53,978 nucleotides of DNA from a virus (taxonomy: Duplodnaviria; Caudoviricetes), in the IMG/VR virus record IMGVR_UViG_3300035703_004045, positions 1 through 53,978 of that record; one strand, written 5' to 3'. The notes beneath the pieces were generated by a model. It searched no databases. It was not told where the DNA came from and saw only the letters and a list, made by a program, of their open reading frames with translations. The first letter of the stretch is position 1. Each line of letters begins with the position of its first letter. A program made the translations under genes and the position numbers. Positions 10,155 through 19,936 of the stretch are shown here, one piece after another.

Positions 10155-13100
10155 TCAGGGGCGATCCACATCACCCCGAAACGCCAGTGCAAAGGTGTCA
10201 CTCTCGACACTGGCCGGGCCTTGCAGAATGGTGCGCACAATCCAGAACGGCGCACCACAGGCATCGGTGTTAAAGCGCAGCACATTGCCTGCTGACCAGC
10301 CTGCACCCCAACCCAGTGCCGGAATCACAAAGTACGGCGCCGCTGTGGCGTTGTTGGTCGGCGCACAATCGGCAGCGGTGTTGCCATAGCCAATCTCGCC
10401 CACCGATTCACCCACCACCCGAAACGTGGTGGAGCCGGTAAAGATCACCGCCCAGCGCTCTTTAATCGTGCCGCGATTGGTTACTTGGATTGGATAGTCG
10501 GTTTCGTTGAAGTTGGCGGTCATGGAGGCACCAATACGTTCATCCCGCCATTCGTTCGTCCAGGTCTGCTGCTCAATCACGTTGTAAAAGCGTGCAAACA
10601 AGTCCCCAAACGGCAGAGCGCTTGAGACATACGAACTACCCGCTGGAAAGTCATGCGTCAGGCTGCGGGTAAATCGCAGCTTGCCGCTGATATCCGCTTG
10701 GCTGCACAGCAGCAAGTCTTCAATCCGGTGCTCTACGGTGAACGGTTGCGCAAAGTCGCTGATGGATATGCCAGTCGGAAACAGAATCGTTCCAGCGTTT
10801 AAATCCAACTGGTACTTGGTGTCGGGTACCACCACACCCATTGCATCCTTAACCCTTACCGAGGCCAGGCGTTCGCGCAGGGTGTAGGCACTGCCTTTTA
10901 CCAGCGGATTGGGTAGTTCCAATGTTTGGGTGTTATGCACCACGCACAAGTCGCCCGAACGGTACACCGGTACTTTGCCGTCCAGTGGTAAGCGAGCTGT
11001 GTTCAAGCCAAGGATGGAGGCTTCCAGGGGCAGGTACTCCAAGTAGACTGTGTTGTAGCGCAGGGTGGACGCCTTGACCTTCCATGGAGCGTAACTCTCA
11101 CTGGCGTTGGGTACTGTCCAGCGCACAATGCCACGCTGGTAGTCCACATTGACCTGCAAGGCGCGGTTGCTAGAGTCAACCAACTGAAACATGCCTTGTT
11201 TGAGCGGTGCGTTGGCAGTACGGAAGATCCCCGCAGTCACAGTATCGTCAACGGTGCTCACCGCTACGTTGTGCCAAGTAAGCGTGTTCGGAACTGCACT
11301 GTTCTCTACGTTAATGTTGAACACCACCCGCCCATCACCCGATACGCTACCCCGAGCCGTTCCCGAACCCGTTGAACAGTTCCATTCCGTGTAAAGCACT
11401 CCGTTTGCACTGGTGAATAACAAACTTGACCCAAACGACGGTGCAGTGGCAGTAAGCCCCGAAGTGACCAGGTTTCTTGGGAGTTGCACGAACCATTCTG
11501 GTGTGACGGTGAGGGCATTAACAGTACCCATTTCTCCGCTGTACATTACTGACTCGCGTACAGGTGCGATGCCAACATCTGTTTGCGTTTGACGTGTTGC
11601 AGTCACATTGTCCCACCACAGTAGCCGTCGAACGCCATAGGTGTAGGTTTCAGTGGTGTACACATTCACAGTGGCGTTTAATGTTACCAAGCCGGTAGCG
11701 TAGTTGACTGTGCCAACTTCGATGGCGTCTTTCCACAGAGGCTGTAAAACCAACTTGCCATTTCCGTTGTCCCTGATATGGTATATATCAGGTCGTATTA
11801 CTGTGTGATTCGCAGGTGGTGTGTAGGTGATATTAAAACGCACTGTGTTAGGCAATACCGGTGCGTCGGTTAATGTGAACTGATTTTTATGAGCACCGTC
11901 AGCGGTTGCGGTTCTTGCATCTGCGTACTCTTGCCACTCGACCACGAGGGATTTTCCGACATGGTTAGGGGTTATGGTGAACTTTCCATTGCCTGTTGTT
12001 ATGACGGGGTTGTTAGGGTCTGACACACCAAAGGGCGTAACACCATTCGGTAAGGTAAATTTCAGCGAAGTCAGCGATACCCGCTTATTGCCTAAATCGA
12101 TGGTTGTACTTAACCTTGTTGGTAGCGTAGCCCTGTCTGGAGCAACTGCTGTGCCCTGCGAGCCAAACTCAAAAATGATGCAGCTACCAATATCAGGCAT
12201 TGCCCCAAGGGTTAACGATACCGAGCCAGTGGCGTAGTTGACAGTGCCCGACCCGTAAGATGAGTCGCCGCCCGATAGTTTGCCGCTGCCGTTATCGGTT
12301 AACTGATACCAGCGCCCCTGTGCCATATAGCTCAGTGCCAGTGTGGACGGTGCAGGTATTGGTAACAGGTTCTTGGTAAAAACCAATCCCTGATTGATAG
12401 CATCCACTTCGATGGCATCTGACTTGGTGGCTGCGCCTGCTTTGGTTGCGGGGATATAGCTTGCAGCTACAGTCGCACCCCAAGTACCAGGCCAGTTGGG
12501 GTTGGTTTTAATGAGTTCGCCAGTGGTGTAATTGATCAAGCCATAGTCCGTGCTTTGGTGAACAAGCTTGCCGTTGCCATCGTCTGATAAGTATGTGTAG
12601 CCGCCACCATCCACAAACGTAATTGTTTTAGGTACAACAGGGGTCGGTAACCGAATGGTTTTACCTGTCGCAAATTCAAACCGTGTGGTTTGTAATCGCG
12701 CATATCCCGTATTCACAAACCCTGCGCGGTCAAGCAACGGGTACTGATCCACCACCGCCGTTTCAACGGTTGCCGCGGGGACTAAAGGTGTAAAAATACC
12801 ACCGACAGTCTCCACATTAAATTCGCCCACCTGTCCCGCAAAACCCAACGCCTTGGAGCCATAGAACTTTACCCCGGCTGCTATAACGGTTGTGTAAACC
12901 ATTGCATACTGCGATTCATTCAGCCCCGATCTGGCGATCGGTGGGCCGTACACATTCATCGTCAGCGTTTGCCCTAAATCGCACTCAATAAAGACTGCGT
13001 TTGCCTCTACTGTGCCGCTTCCCTCTTGCAGATAGACCTTTTCGGTAAAAGACTTCATGCGCAGAATCCGCACGTAAAGTTCTGCGCCATTCGGGTTAAT

Positions 13101-13553
13101 CAGGCACAGTGACTCACCGCTGGCTGGTGGTTGCAGATTGGTAAAAGCATAAAGCCGCAGCCTTGCAGAACCCTCATAATGGGTATCGTAAATGCGCCAT
13201 GATGAGCGAGGCCCTTTGACCAGGTAGCGTTCAATCAGTTCTTTGGCAGTATTGCGCTGATCGCCCCAATTCGGGGTTTTCATGAGGGTGCAATGCACAT
13301 TCGGGTCAGAAGGTGTCTCCGTAATAATGGCATGCGCCCCCATCAGGGTGTCGGTGTCGTTAGTGTGCGCCACACCGAACAATTTGCGCATCTGCACCCG
13401 ACCAAAGGCTCTATCCATGGCTGAGGTATCGGGAAACAGGCTGTTGCTTTGCCCATCGATCACTGCCGCGCCCGTCATGCGACCGCCACCATCGGTAGAG
13501 TCGTTCATGACAGCGGACTTCAGAATCTTGATATCTTGTGTCAGGATAGGCAT
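10155..13553 (-). CDS. Large tail tip/baseplate structural protein
   Basis: 1132 aa, beta-rich, repeated DxGxGKL...GxxNYxTG units; two genes downstream of tape measure. Confidence 0.7.
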   Translation of the reverse strand: MPILTQDIKILKSAVMNDSTDGGGRMTGAAVIDGQSNSLFPDTSAMDRAFGRVQMRKLFGVAHTNDTDTLMGAHAIITETPSDPNVHCTLMKTPNWGDQRNTAKELIERYLVKGPRSSWRIYDTHYEGSARLRLYAFTNLQPPASGESLCLINPNGAELYVRILRMKSFTEKVYLQEGSGTVEANAVFIECDLGQTLTMNVYGPPIARSGLNESQYAMVYTTVIAAGVKFYGSKALGFAGQVGEFNVETVGGIFTPLVPAATVETAVVDQYPLLDRAGFVNTGYARLQTTRFEFATGKTIRLPTPVVPKTITFVDGGGYTYLSDDGNGKLVHQSTDYGLINYTTGELIKTNPNWPGTWGATVAASYIPATKAGAATKSDAIEVDAINQGLVFTKNLLPIPAPSTLALSYMAQGRWYQLTDNGSGKLSGGDSSYGSGTVNYATGSVSLTLGAMPDIGSCIIFEFGSQGTAVAPDRATLPTRLSTTIDLGNKRVSLTSLKFTLPNGVTPFGVSDPNNPVITTGNGKFTITPNHVGKSLVVEWQEYADARTATADGAHKNQFTLTDAPVLPNTVRFNITYTPPANHTVIRPDIYHIRDNGNGKLVLQPLWKDAIEVGTVNYATGLVTLNATVNVYTTETYTYGVRRLLWWDNVTATRQTQTDVGIAPVRESVMYSGEMGTVNALTVTPEWFVQLPRNLVTSGLTATAPSFGSSLLFTSANGVLYTEWNCSTGSGTARGSVSGDGRVVFNINVENSAVPNTLTWHNVAVSTVDDTVTAGIFRTANAPLKQGMFQLVDSSNRALQVNVDYQRGIVRWTVPNASESYAPWKVKASTLRYNTVYLEYLPLEASILGLNTARLPLDGKVPVYRSGDLCVVHNTQTLELPNPLVKGSAYTLRERLASVRVKDAMGVVVPDTKYQLDLNAGTILFPTGISISDFAQPFTVEHRIEDLLLCSQADISGKLRFTRSLTHDFPAGSSYVSSALPFGDLFARFYNVIEQQTWTNEWRDERIGASMTANFNETDYPIQVTNRGTIKERWAVIFTGSTTFRVVGESVGEIGYGNTAADCAPTNNATAAPYFVIPALGWGAGWSAGNVLRFNTDACGAPFWIVRTILQGPASVESDTFALAFRGDVDRP

Positions 13554-13960
13554 TACAGTTCCATCAATTGCAGAGTCAGTCGGTACCAGTCGGCGTCCGA
13601 CTGGGCGGGCAGCCCGGTGACTGGGGTCGCCTCGATCGGGTTTTGGTGGTGCCGAAAGGCCACCACTCTGGGGGAGTAGTTCGGCAAGTGCAGGCTAAAT
13701 CGACCTGAACTGGCACTCAGCGGCACTGCCGCCCATCGATAGAGTTGTTCAACCACGCTGCGCCGCACCCAGGCCATGTCGGGCGCGGCACTCAAGGTGA
13801 TGGGTCGCCCACCCTGACGCTGCGCACTTTGCACCAGCATCGCTCCGGTTAACAGGTAGCTGATACTGCTCAGTGGTGCCGACCAACTGTGTTCATCACT
13901 CCAGAGCAAATCGTCGGGCAGCGTCAGGAAGCTGCCATCGGCGAGGTGGGTCAGTTGCAT
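13553..13960 (-). CDS. Distal tail protein-like
   Basis: 135 aa directly after tape measure; LPDDLLWSDE...GRPITL. Confidence 0.6.
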   Translation of the reverse strand: MQLTHLADGSFLTLPDDLLWSDEHSWSAPLSSISYLLTGAMLVQSAQRQGGRPITLSAAPDMAWVRRSVVEQLYRWAAVPLSASSGRFSLHLPNYSPRVVAFRHHQNPIEATPVTGLPAQSDADWYRLTLQLMEL

Positions 13961-14003
13961 AGTGAATAAGGACAGGTCTCAGGTTTTATAGAAAGAAACA
14001 CTA

Positions 14004-17000
14004 TCAAGCCCGCGCCCGGGCTTGGTGCAGCAAGTCCAGCAGACGGCTCTCATCCGTTTCTGCGATGCTGGCAGCCACCATCTGCGCACCGCCACGCAGC
14101 TCCACACGCACCGTCCGCACTGGAGTGGTCTGTTGTAGATTCGTTCCTGCCACCGCCGCTAACGGTGAGGGGGTACTCTGCACCAACCCACCGTGCGCAA
14201 AGCCTTGAACCCGCAATGCGAGGTTTTGTGCTGGCAGTTGCAGCCGGTTCAGTGACTCAAAAAATCCAGCACCCCAACGCGCCACTGCATCGCGATTGAC
14301 CACGTACTCACCCGGTGTCAGCATGGCAGGCACACTGTCTGATGCAGCTATGCCACCTCCAGCATAGAACGTGGCCTGATGTTGCGCCATCTTGTCCAGC
14401 AAATCGCGCTCCAGGTCTTTGCCGTACTGCAGCGGTTGCGCCATGGCTTGCTTCCAGGTGTGGCGAATGGTGTCGACTTTTTGCTTTTCGTGGGCGGTGA
14501 GTTGCGGTCTATTGAGCACACTGTCCAGGATGCGCTGGTCGGTGGCGGCTTGTTGCCGGTAAAACTTCATGGTTTGCCACTCCATGTCCAGGCTGAGTGA
14601 ACTGCTGAAGTTTCTGCGTAGCCACTGCGTGTACTCCTGCATCGCTTGCAGCCCCATGTCAATCATGTTGCGTGCTTCAAACGCATCCCGGTTTTGTTTC
14701 GGCGTAGTCTGTATCGCCGCTTGGGCTGACTTGGGCTTATTAGCATTCTTGACACTTCCGCCTTGGGCAAAGTGCGTCACCGACGGATTTTGATGGCTGA
14801 GTTGCGACAGCAGCGTGCTGCCATACTTGCGTACCGCCGATTTGCGCAGTACAAAGGCACCGGCGTCTAGTGTGCGCGGTACCGTATCGTGGTCACCGCT
14901 GCCGGGTACCGTGCCACCGCGCATACGGGTAAAGCCAGATCTGGCAGGCAAGGCCAGCGGGGATATGCCGCCACCTTGTGCCAAGTAACGCACCCCCATG
15001 CCGACCAAACCGCCACTGGCCTTGGCTTCGACCTTGCGCACTGTAATGGTGTGGGTACTGTAGGTGTTCATGCCATTGAGGCTGGCGATTTCTGCGCGGG
15101 CTGCCGCTGCGTTGCTGTGTACCTGATGGTCGGACTCGGTACGGATGCGTCCCAAGGCTTCAATCATGCCGCGCACATTGGTGATTGCGCTCTGGGCTTT
15201 TTCTGCAGTGACCTGCAATTCAATCTGGGCGTTTTGTTTGGCGTAGGCAGTCAGCTTGTCAAGCGCGGCTTGTGCCAGACTGACATCGGCATCGACGGGC
15301 AGGGTTTTACCTTCTTTGAGCAGCGCTTCAAACTCCTGCAGCTTCTTTTGCGCCTGCTCCAGATCAGCCTGGATAGTCAATAGGTGTTCTTTTTCTGCGA
15401 TGGCTTTGTCCAAGGCTGCTAGGGCTTGCTCAAAACGGCTGGTGTCTGCGCTCAAACTCACTTTGAGGCCATCGCGCAGTTTGGCGGTGATCTGGTCAAT
15501 CTGTAGGTTGGTTTGTTGCAAGGTGGCTTGAATCTGGTCGCGCGATTGCACGGCAGCAAGTGCCGCCTGCTGGTGGGCTTGGGCTTGCGCGCTCAAGGTT
15601 TGCAGCAGAATTTCCTCGGCAGAGCGAATGTCCCCGATGGCCGCTTGGATACCTTGCTTGCCTTGTAAAACGGCAGCATCCGCCGCTTCGGTTTTGCGTG
15701 CCAATTCTGAGCGCAAGTTATCCGCCTGACGCATGAGCTCCGCTGCCTTGTCGTATTCCTGCTGCTGGCTGGCTTGGCGTGCCTGGGCCTGCAGGGTTTG
15801 CACCTGGGTCAGGTCTTGCTCGAACTGTTTCTTGGCCTCGCTGGCACGTTGGGCGTGCTGGGTTTGGCTGCTGCCGACCTGGGCGGCCAAGTCCATCGAC
15901 TTTTGCGCGAACTGCCGGGCTTGTTCAAACTCTCCATCGGCCAGAGCCGTACGTGCCTTGCTTTGCAACTCGGCAACTTGGCGTTTGCGGTCTTGGGTGG
16001 CCTCGAATTCCGACATGCCCTGGCGCTGCAGTTCACGGATTTTGTCTTCCGTGCTCATGCTCAGCTGCCGTTTGGCATTTTCGATGCGCTCGATTTCAGC
16101 CAGATGCCGGTTCGCTTCGGCGTTCAGGGTATCAATGTGGGCGCGGTACTCGCTCACTGCTATTGAGAGCGTCTGGCGTTTGGTCGCCAGAATCTCGTTT
16201 TCTGCGCGAGTCACGTTGGCACTGCGCTCGGCCTCTGTCGCCCCTTGTCTAGCCGCCGCATCGATGCGTGCCTGTGATTCCTGCTCGATGCGCTGCAAGG
16301 TCTCAAGTGTCGATTGGTCACGCAGGACGGTTTGTTGCTTGATGGTATCGGTCAGCAGTGCTGTCGATCGGGTCAGTTGCGCGGCTTCAGAAGCTTTGGA
16401 TTGTTCCAGTGCTTTTTGTTCTTGTTGATAGCGTGCCTTGACCGCTTCGATTTGCTGCTGCAGGTTAGCGTCTGCAATGGCGGTGAGGCCTTTATAGGCT
16501 TCAGCCATTTTACTGGTGGCATCGCTGACCTGGGCTTGGGCTTTACTTAGCGCTTGCTCGACCGCACCGATACGGCTTTGCAGCTTTTGCAAGGTGGCGC
16601 TGACTGCTTCGATACCGCGACCGACCGCTTCTTGCGTGCCTTGGCGTACGGCTTCTAATTTTTTGGCGATCTCCTCGGCGCTGGTGGCTGCCGTGGTCAT
16701 GGCTGCTTTGGCCGCTTCAGACCCTTTGGTAGCCTCGGCATACATTTGGGCAAAGATCGCATTCATCTCTGCCAGCCGCGCTTGGTGGCGCTGTGTGGCG
16801 GCATCGATGGTGTCACTGCTAAACAGGGCAGCAAAGGCTTCCCAGCGGTATTGCAGTTGCTCCACACCCTTGAGCAGGGTCTGCACCATGGCGATACCTG
16901 CCAAGCGCACTATTTCAAACTGTTCTGATAACCAGGAGCCGATTTGCCAGCCAGCTGCAAACGATCCCAGCAGGATAAAACCGGTTTTAAGCAAGCCCAG

Positions 17001-18062
17001 GCTGGCAATGGCGCTGCCAATCGCTACATTCACTGCTGCCCATGCGGCAGAGGTGGCGCTCGCTGCGGTAATCGCTGCGGCACTGGCGGTTTGCCAGGCG
17101 GTAACCAGAGCGGGCAGCAGTCGGTAAATGAGTACTGCCAGACCGACTTCAGCAATAGTTTGCAGCCACTGCATCACCGACTCCACGTTGGTGGCCAGCC
17201 AGGTCAGGGCTTGCGAGAGCTTTTGCGTGATACCGGTGGCCGCATCGACTTGCGAGACCCACAGCCCGAAGGCGTTTTGCAGGCGTTGCAGTGCTTGGGA
17301 CACCGTGGCTGGTAGTTGGGCGTATTCGCTGCTGAGTTTGTCCTTTTGGCTCATCAAGGCGTTCACCACCACATCGGCGGTGAGCCGGCCTTCTTCGGCC
17401 ATTTTACGCAGCCGACCGATCGGCACGTTCAGGCCATCAGCCAGGGCTTGTGCCAGACGCGGTGAGTTTTCGACGACGGAGTTGAATTCTTCTCCACGGA
17501 GTACACCTGATGCCAAGGCTTGACCGAACTGCAACAACGACGACTGCGCTTCCGTGGCTGAGGCACCGGACAGACGCAAGGCCTGCGAGATGCTCTCGGT
17601 GATAGATAGGGCGTCCTTTTGCTCGCCACCAAGCATGCGTACCGCTTGTTGCAGTTTGCCGTACAGGGTCGAGACTTCGGCAATTGGCACCCCCATGCGC
17701 TGGGCAATGTCAAACAATGCCTTTTGCGCAGTCACAAACTCATGCTGTCCAGCGGTGGCGAGTTTCAGGCGTGCGGCCATCATGTTCCAGGCGTCCGCCA
17801 CCTGCACCAGTTGCTGCAATTGCCCGGCTGCCCAACTGATGGATACAAAGGCCAGTAGCTGGGTCTTGGCGCTCGCCACTTGGTCGCCTAGGGCGGACAC
17901 GCCAGCCTTGACCTGCGCCATACCGGCAGCGGCTTTGTCGCCAGCGCTTTTAGCTTGACCAGACAGTTCGTTTAGGCTTTGCTGCGCCGAATGGAGGGCG
18001 CGTTTGAGCCCGTCATCGGCAGCATCCAGGGCGACGAGAACGGAGATGCGGTTGGTGGCCAT
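14004..18062 (-). CDS. Tail tape measure protein
   Basis: 1352 aa, Ala/Gln-rich helical; QFGQALASGVLRGEEFNSV motif; C-terminal DSVPAMLTPGEYV. Confidence 0.93.
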   Translation of the reverse strand: MATNRISVLVALDAADDGLKRALHSAQQSLNELSGQAKSAGDKAAAGMAQVKAGVSALGDQVASAKTQLLAFVSISWAAGQLQQLVQVADAWNMMAARLKLATAGQHEFVTAQKALFDIAQRMGVPIAEVSTLYGKLQQAVRMLGGEQKDALSITESISQALRLSGASATEAQSSLLQFGQALASGVLRGEEFNSVVENSPRLAQALADGLNVPIGRLRKMAEEGRLTADVVVNALMSQKDKLSSEYAQLPATVSQALQRLQNAFGLWVSQVDAATGITQKLSQALTWLATNVESVMQWLQTIAEVGLAVLIYRLLPALVTAWQTASAAAITAASATSAAWAAVNVAIGSAIASLGLLKTGFILLGSFAAGWQIGSWLSEQFEIVRLAGIAMVQTLLKGVEQLQYRWEAFAALFSSDTIDAATQRHQARLAEMNAIFAQMYAEATKGSEAAKAAMTTAATSAEEIAKKLEAVRQGTQEAVGRGIEAVSATLQKLQSRIGAVEQALSKAQAQVSDATSKMAEAYKGLTAIADANLQQQIEAVKARYQQEQKALEQSKASEAAQLTRSTALLTDTIKQQTVLRDQSTLETLQRIEQESQARIDAAARQGATEAERSANVTRAENEILATKRQTLSIAVSEYRAHIDTLNAEANRHLAEIERIENAKRQLSMSTEDKIRELQRQGMSEFEATQDRKRQVAELQSKARTALADGEFEQARQFAQKSMDLAAQVGSSQTQHAQRASEAKKQFEQDLTQVQTLQAQARQASQQQEYDKAAELMRQADNLRSELARKTEAADAAVLQGKQGIQAAIGDIRSAEEILLQTLSAQAQAHQQAALAAVQSRDQIQATLQQTNLQIDQITAKLRDGLKVSLSADTSRFEQALAALDKAIAEKEHLLTIQADLEQAQKKLQEFEALLKEGKTLPVDADVSLAQAALDKLTAYAKQNAQIELQVTAEKAQSAITNVRGMIEALGRIRTESDHQVHSNAAAARAEIASLNGMNTYSTHTITVRKVEAKASGGLVGMGVRYLAQGGGISPLALPARSGFTRMRGGTVPGSGDHDTVPRTLDAGAFVLRKSAVRKYGSTLLSQLSHQNPSVTHFAQGGSVKNANKPKSAQAAIQTTPKQNRDAFEARNMIDMGLQAMQEYTQWLRRNFSSSLSLDMEWQTMKFYRQQAATDQRILDSVLNRPQLTAHEKQKVDTIRHTWKQAMAQPLQYGKDLERDLLDKMAQHQATFYAGGGIAASDSVPAMLTPGEYVVNRDAVARWGAGFFESLNRLQLPAQNLALRVQGFAHGGLVQSTPSPLAAVAGTNLQQTTPVRTVRVELRGGAQMVAASIAETDESRLLDLLHQARARA

Positions 18063-18077
18063 AAGACAACGGGCTAA
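18031..18077. repeat. Tape measure 5' end, copy 1 of a 47-bp direct repeat (copy 2 at 18810-18856)
   Basis: 39/47 identical by manual alignment. Confidence 0.85.
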
Positions 18078-18119
18078 TTATTTAAAAGAGTCGAAACAGT
18101 GATGGCGCAACGATGGCGG

Positions 18120-18174
18120 TTGTAGTAGGATTTAATCCTGTTACATTGGAGTTCACTAACATTGGAGTTCACTA
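18120..18174 (+). promoter_or_regulatory. Putative TA promoter/operator with tandemly duplicated RBS
   Basis: TTGTAG-N16-TACATT; palindrome AGGATT-T-AATCCT (18127-18139); ACATTGGAGTTCACTA twice (18143-18174). Confidence 0.55.
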
Positions 18175-18452
18175 TGCGCACTACCCAGCAATTCAGTATT
18201 ACCTTGCCCAATGAGATGGCAAATATTGTCAAGACCAAGGTCGCTGCTGGTGAGTACGCCACCGAAAGCGAAGTGATCCGCGATGGACTGCGTGCCTTGA
18301 TGGCACGCGACCGTGCTGTCGAGCATTGGTTGCAGCAGGAGGTGGGGCCGGCCTATGATGCGCTTAAAGCAGATCCGACCCGCGCTGTTTCGATAGACCA
18401 GGTACGCGCACGCCTTGCGGCGTTGCACCAAAAGGCTGTTGTCAAAACGTGA
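18174..18452 (+). CDS. ParD-like ribbon-helix-helix antitoxin
   Basis: FSITLP...GEYATESEVIRDGLRAL; overlaps downstream toxin. Confidence 0.85.
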   Translation: MRTTQQFSITLPNEMANIVKTKVAAGEYATESEVIRDGLRALMARDRAVEHWLQQEVGPAYDALKADPTRAVSIDQVRARLAALHQKAVVKT

Positions 18453-18772
18453 TGCAGTATTCGGTCGTTTTTGCGCCAGAAGCGCAGCAGCAACTGGACT
18501 TGCTCTACCAATACATCGCAGATGCTGCATCCCCTGAAATTGCTTACCCCTACACCAGCGCTATCATCAATTACTGCGAGAGTTTGCAGCGATTTCCGCA
18601 TCGTGGCACCCGTCGTGATGATGTGCGTCCCGGACTGCGTGTGACAAATTACAAAGGTCGCACAGTGATTGCATTTGACATCGTTGCTGACCAAGTCTCG
18701 ATCATTGGTGTGTTTTACGGTGGTCAAGACTATGAGAGTTTGCTGCGTGGGGACGATGATGCGCTTTCTTAA
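18449..18772 (+). CDS. RelE/ParE family toxin
   Basis: YSVVFAPEAQQQL...FPHRGTRRDDVRPGLRV...IIGVFYGGQD. Confidence 0.88.
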   Translation: MMQYSVVFAPEAQQQLDLLYQYIADAASPEIAYPYTSAIINYCESLQRFPHRGTRRDDVRPGLRVTNYKGRTVIAFDIVADQVSIIGVFYGGQDYESLLRGDDDALS

Positions 18773-18809
18773 AATGCTTCCCCAAATCTGATTCCGGTGT
18801 CTTACCTTT

Positions 18810-18856
18810 GCAACGAGAACGGAGATACGATAGGTGGTCATAAGACGATAGGCTAA
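18810..18856 (-). pseudogene. Relic of a tape measure gene 5' end
   Basis: Encodes MTTYRISVLVA versus MATNRISVLVA of the intact gene, with matching upstream leader; similarity then stops. Confidence 0.75.
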
Positions 18857-18901
18857 AAATCGTTTAAATTCAGACTGCTCAGGTCGCAATAGGAGTTCCA
18901 T

Positions 18902-19150
18902 ATGCAAACGTGGCAAATGCAAACGGCAAAGGCACGGTTTTCTGATGTGATCAGAAGTGCCAAGAACGATGGGCCGCAAGACATCACCCTGCACGGCAAG
19001 TCCGTGGCAGTCGTGCTTTCGCGAGAGCTCTTTGACCGACTCAGTGGCAACACACAATCCTTGCTGCAATTCATGCAGTCTTCACCACTGCATGGTTTAG
19101 ATGACTTGGAATTGGAGCGCGATCCAAGCCAGCGTCTTTACGACGTTTAA
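18902..19150 (+). CDS. Phd/YefM family antitoxin with no adjacent cognate toxin
   Basis: WQMQTAKARFSDVI...GPQDITLHGKSVAVVLS; AGGAG RBS. Confidence 0.85.
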   Translation: MQTWQMQTAKARFSDVIRSAKNDGPQDITLHGKSVAVVLSRELFDRLSGNTQSLLQFMQSSPLHGLDDLELERDPSQRLYDV

Positions 19151-19175
19151 ACACGTATTTGGATTCTGTTGAATA

Positions 19176-19199
19176 AAATGACTACTTAAATGGTCATTT
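19176..19199. promoter_or_regulatory. Inverted repeat, putative antitoxin operator
   Basis: AAATGAC-N10-GTCATTT about 40 nt upstream of the 19241 gene. Confidence 0.5.
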
Positions 19200-19240
19200 A
19201 TTGGTAATATAGTGACGTACCTACAAACTGGAGCACACCC

Positions 19241-19579
19241 ATGGATGCTTTATTGGCAGAAACCTCAATTGGTATTACTGAGCTGAAGAAGAATCCTTCG
19301 GCGGTGATTCGTGATGCTGGCTCTGAAACCATCGTTGTGTTGCATCACAACAAACCCTCTGCTTACCTCGTACCCGCAAGCACCTATGAAGCATTGATGG
19401 ATGTGCTGGATGATTTGCAGTTGATACCTGTGGTGCAGCAGCGTATTGCCGCGTGGCAAGCCGATCCTGACAACGTCATTGACGTCAGCAGGGCCGAGTT
19501 GGAAACCCTGGCTCGTGGTGGCAAAGCCAAGACATCGAAGCCACGCTCATCGGCCAAGGCTGGCTCTGCTGCTGCATGA
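19241..19579 (+). CDS. Phd/YefM (StbD/YafN-like) antitoxin
   Basis: SIGITELKKNPSAVI...VVLHHNKPSAYLVP; basic C-terminal extension. Confidence 0.85.
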   Translation: MDALLAETSIGITELKKNPSAVIRDAGSETIVVLHHNKPSAYLVPASTYEALMDVLDDLQLIPVVQQRIAAWQADPDNVIDVSRAELETLARGGKAKTSKPRSSAKAGSAAA

Positions 19580-19582
19580 GTT

Positions 19583-19933
19583 ATGGCCACATCTAGTTAC
19601 CGTTTACAGTTTTTACCCCAGGCCAAGGCGGAGTGGGACAAACTGGATGGCAGCGTCAGATCTCAATTTGCCAAAGTGTTGCTGCGTAGACTCGACGCCC
19701 CTAGAGTTCCCTCTGCGGCACTCACTTCCATGCCAGACTGCTACAAGATTAAACTGCGTACCAGCGGGTTTCGTTTGGTGTACCAAGTGCAGGACGATAA
19801 GCTGGTATTGCTGACGGTCGCTGTCGGTAAACGCGATAAAAGTGCGGTGTACGAGGCCGCTAAACTGCGCTTACCACCAACGCCCAGTGCCACAGATAAA
19901 TCGGTAGCACGCCGATCCAAATCACATAAATAA
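19583..19933 (+). CDS. RelE/StbE family toxin
   Basis: YRLQFLPQAKAEWDKLD...CYKIKLRTSGFRLVYQV...VAVGKRD. Confidence 0.92.
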   Translation: MATSSYRLQFLPQAKAEWDKLDGSVRSQFAKVLLRRLDAPRVPSAALTSMPDCYKIKLRTSGFRLVYQVQDDKLVLLTVAVGKRDKSAVYEAAKLRLPPTPSATDKSVARRSKSHK

Positions 19934-19936
19934 GCA

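Noticed and set aside
5462-13553. Diversity-generating retroelement or invertible tail-fibre cassette
   Set aside because: No reverse transcriptase or invertase, and I saw no template/variable repeat pair or flanking inverted repeats
18353-19069. 238-aa minus-strand ORF across the TA genes
   Set aside because: Antisense to well-supported TA genes; only the short tape-measure relic inside it is meaningful
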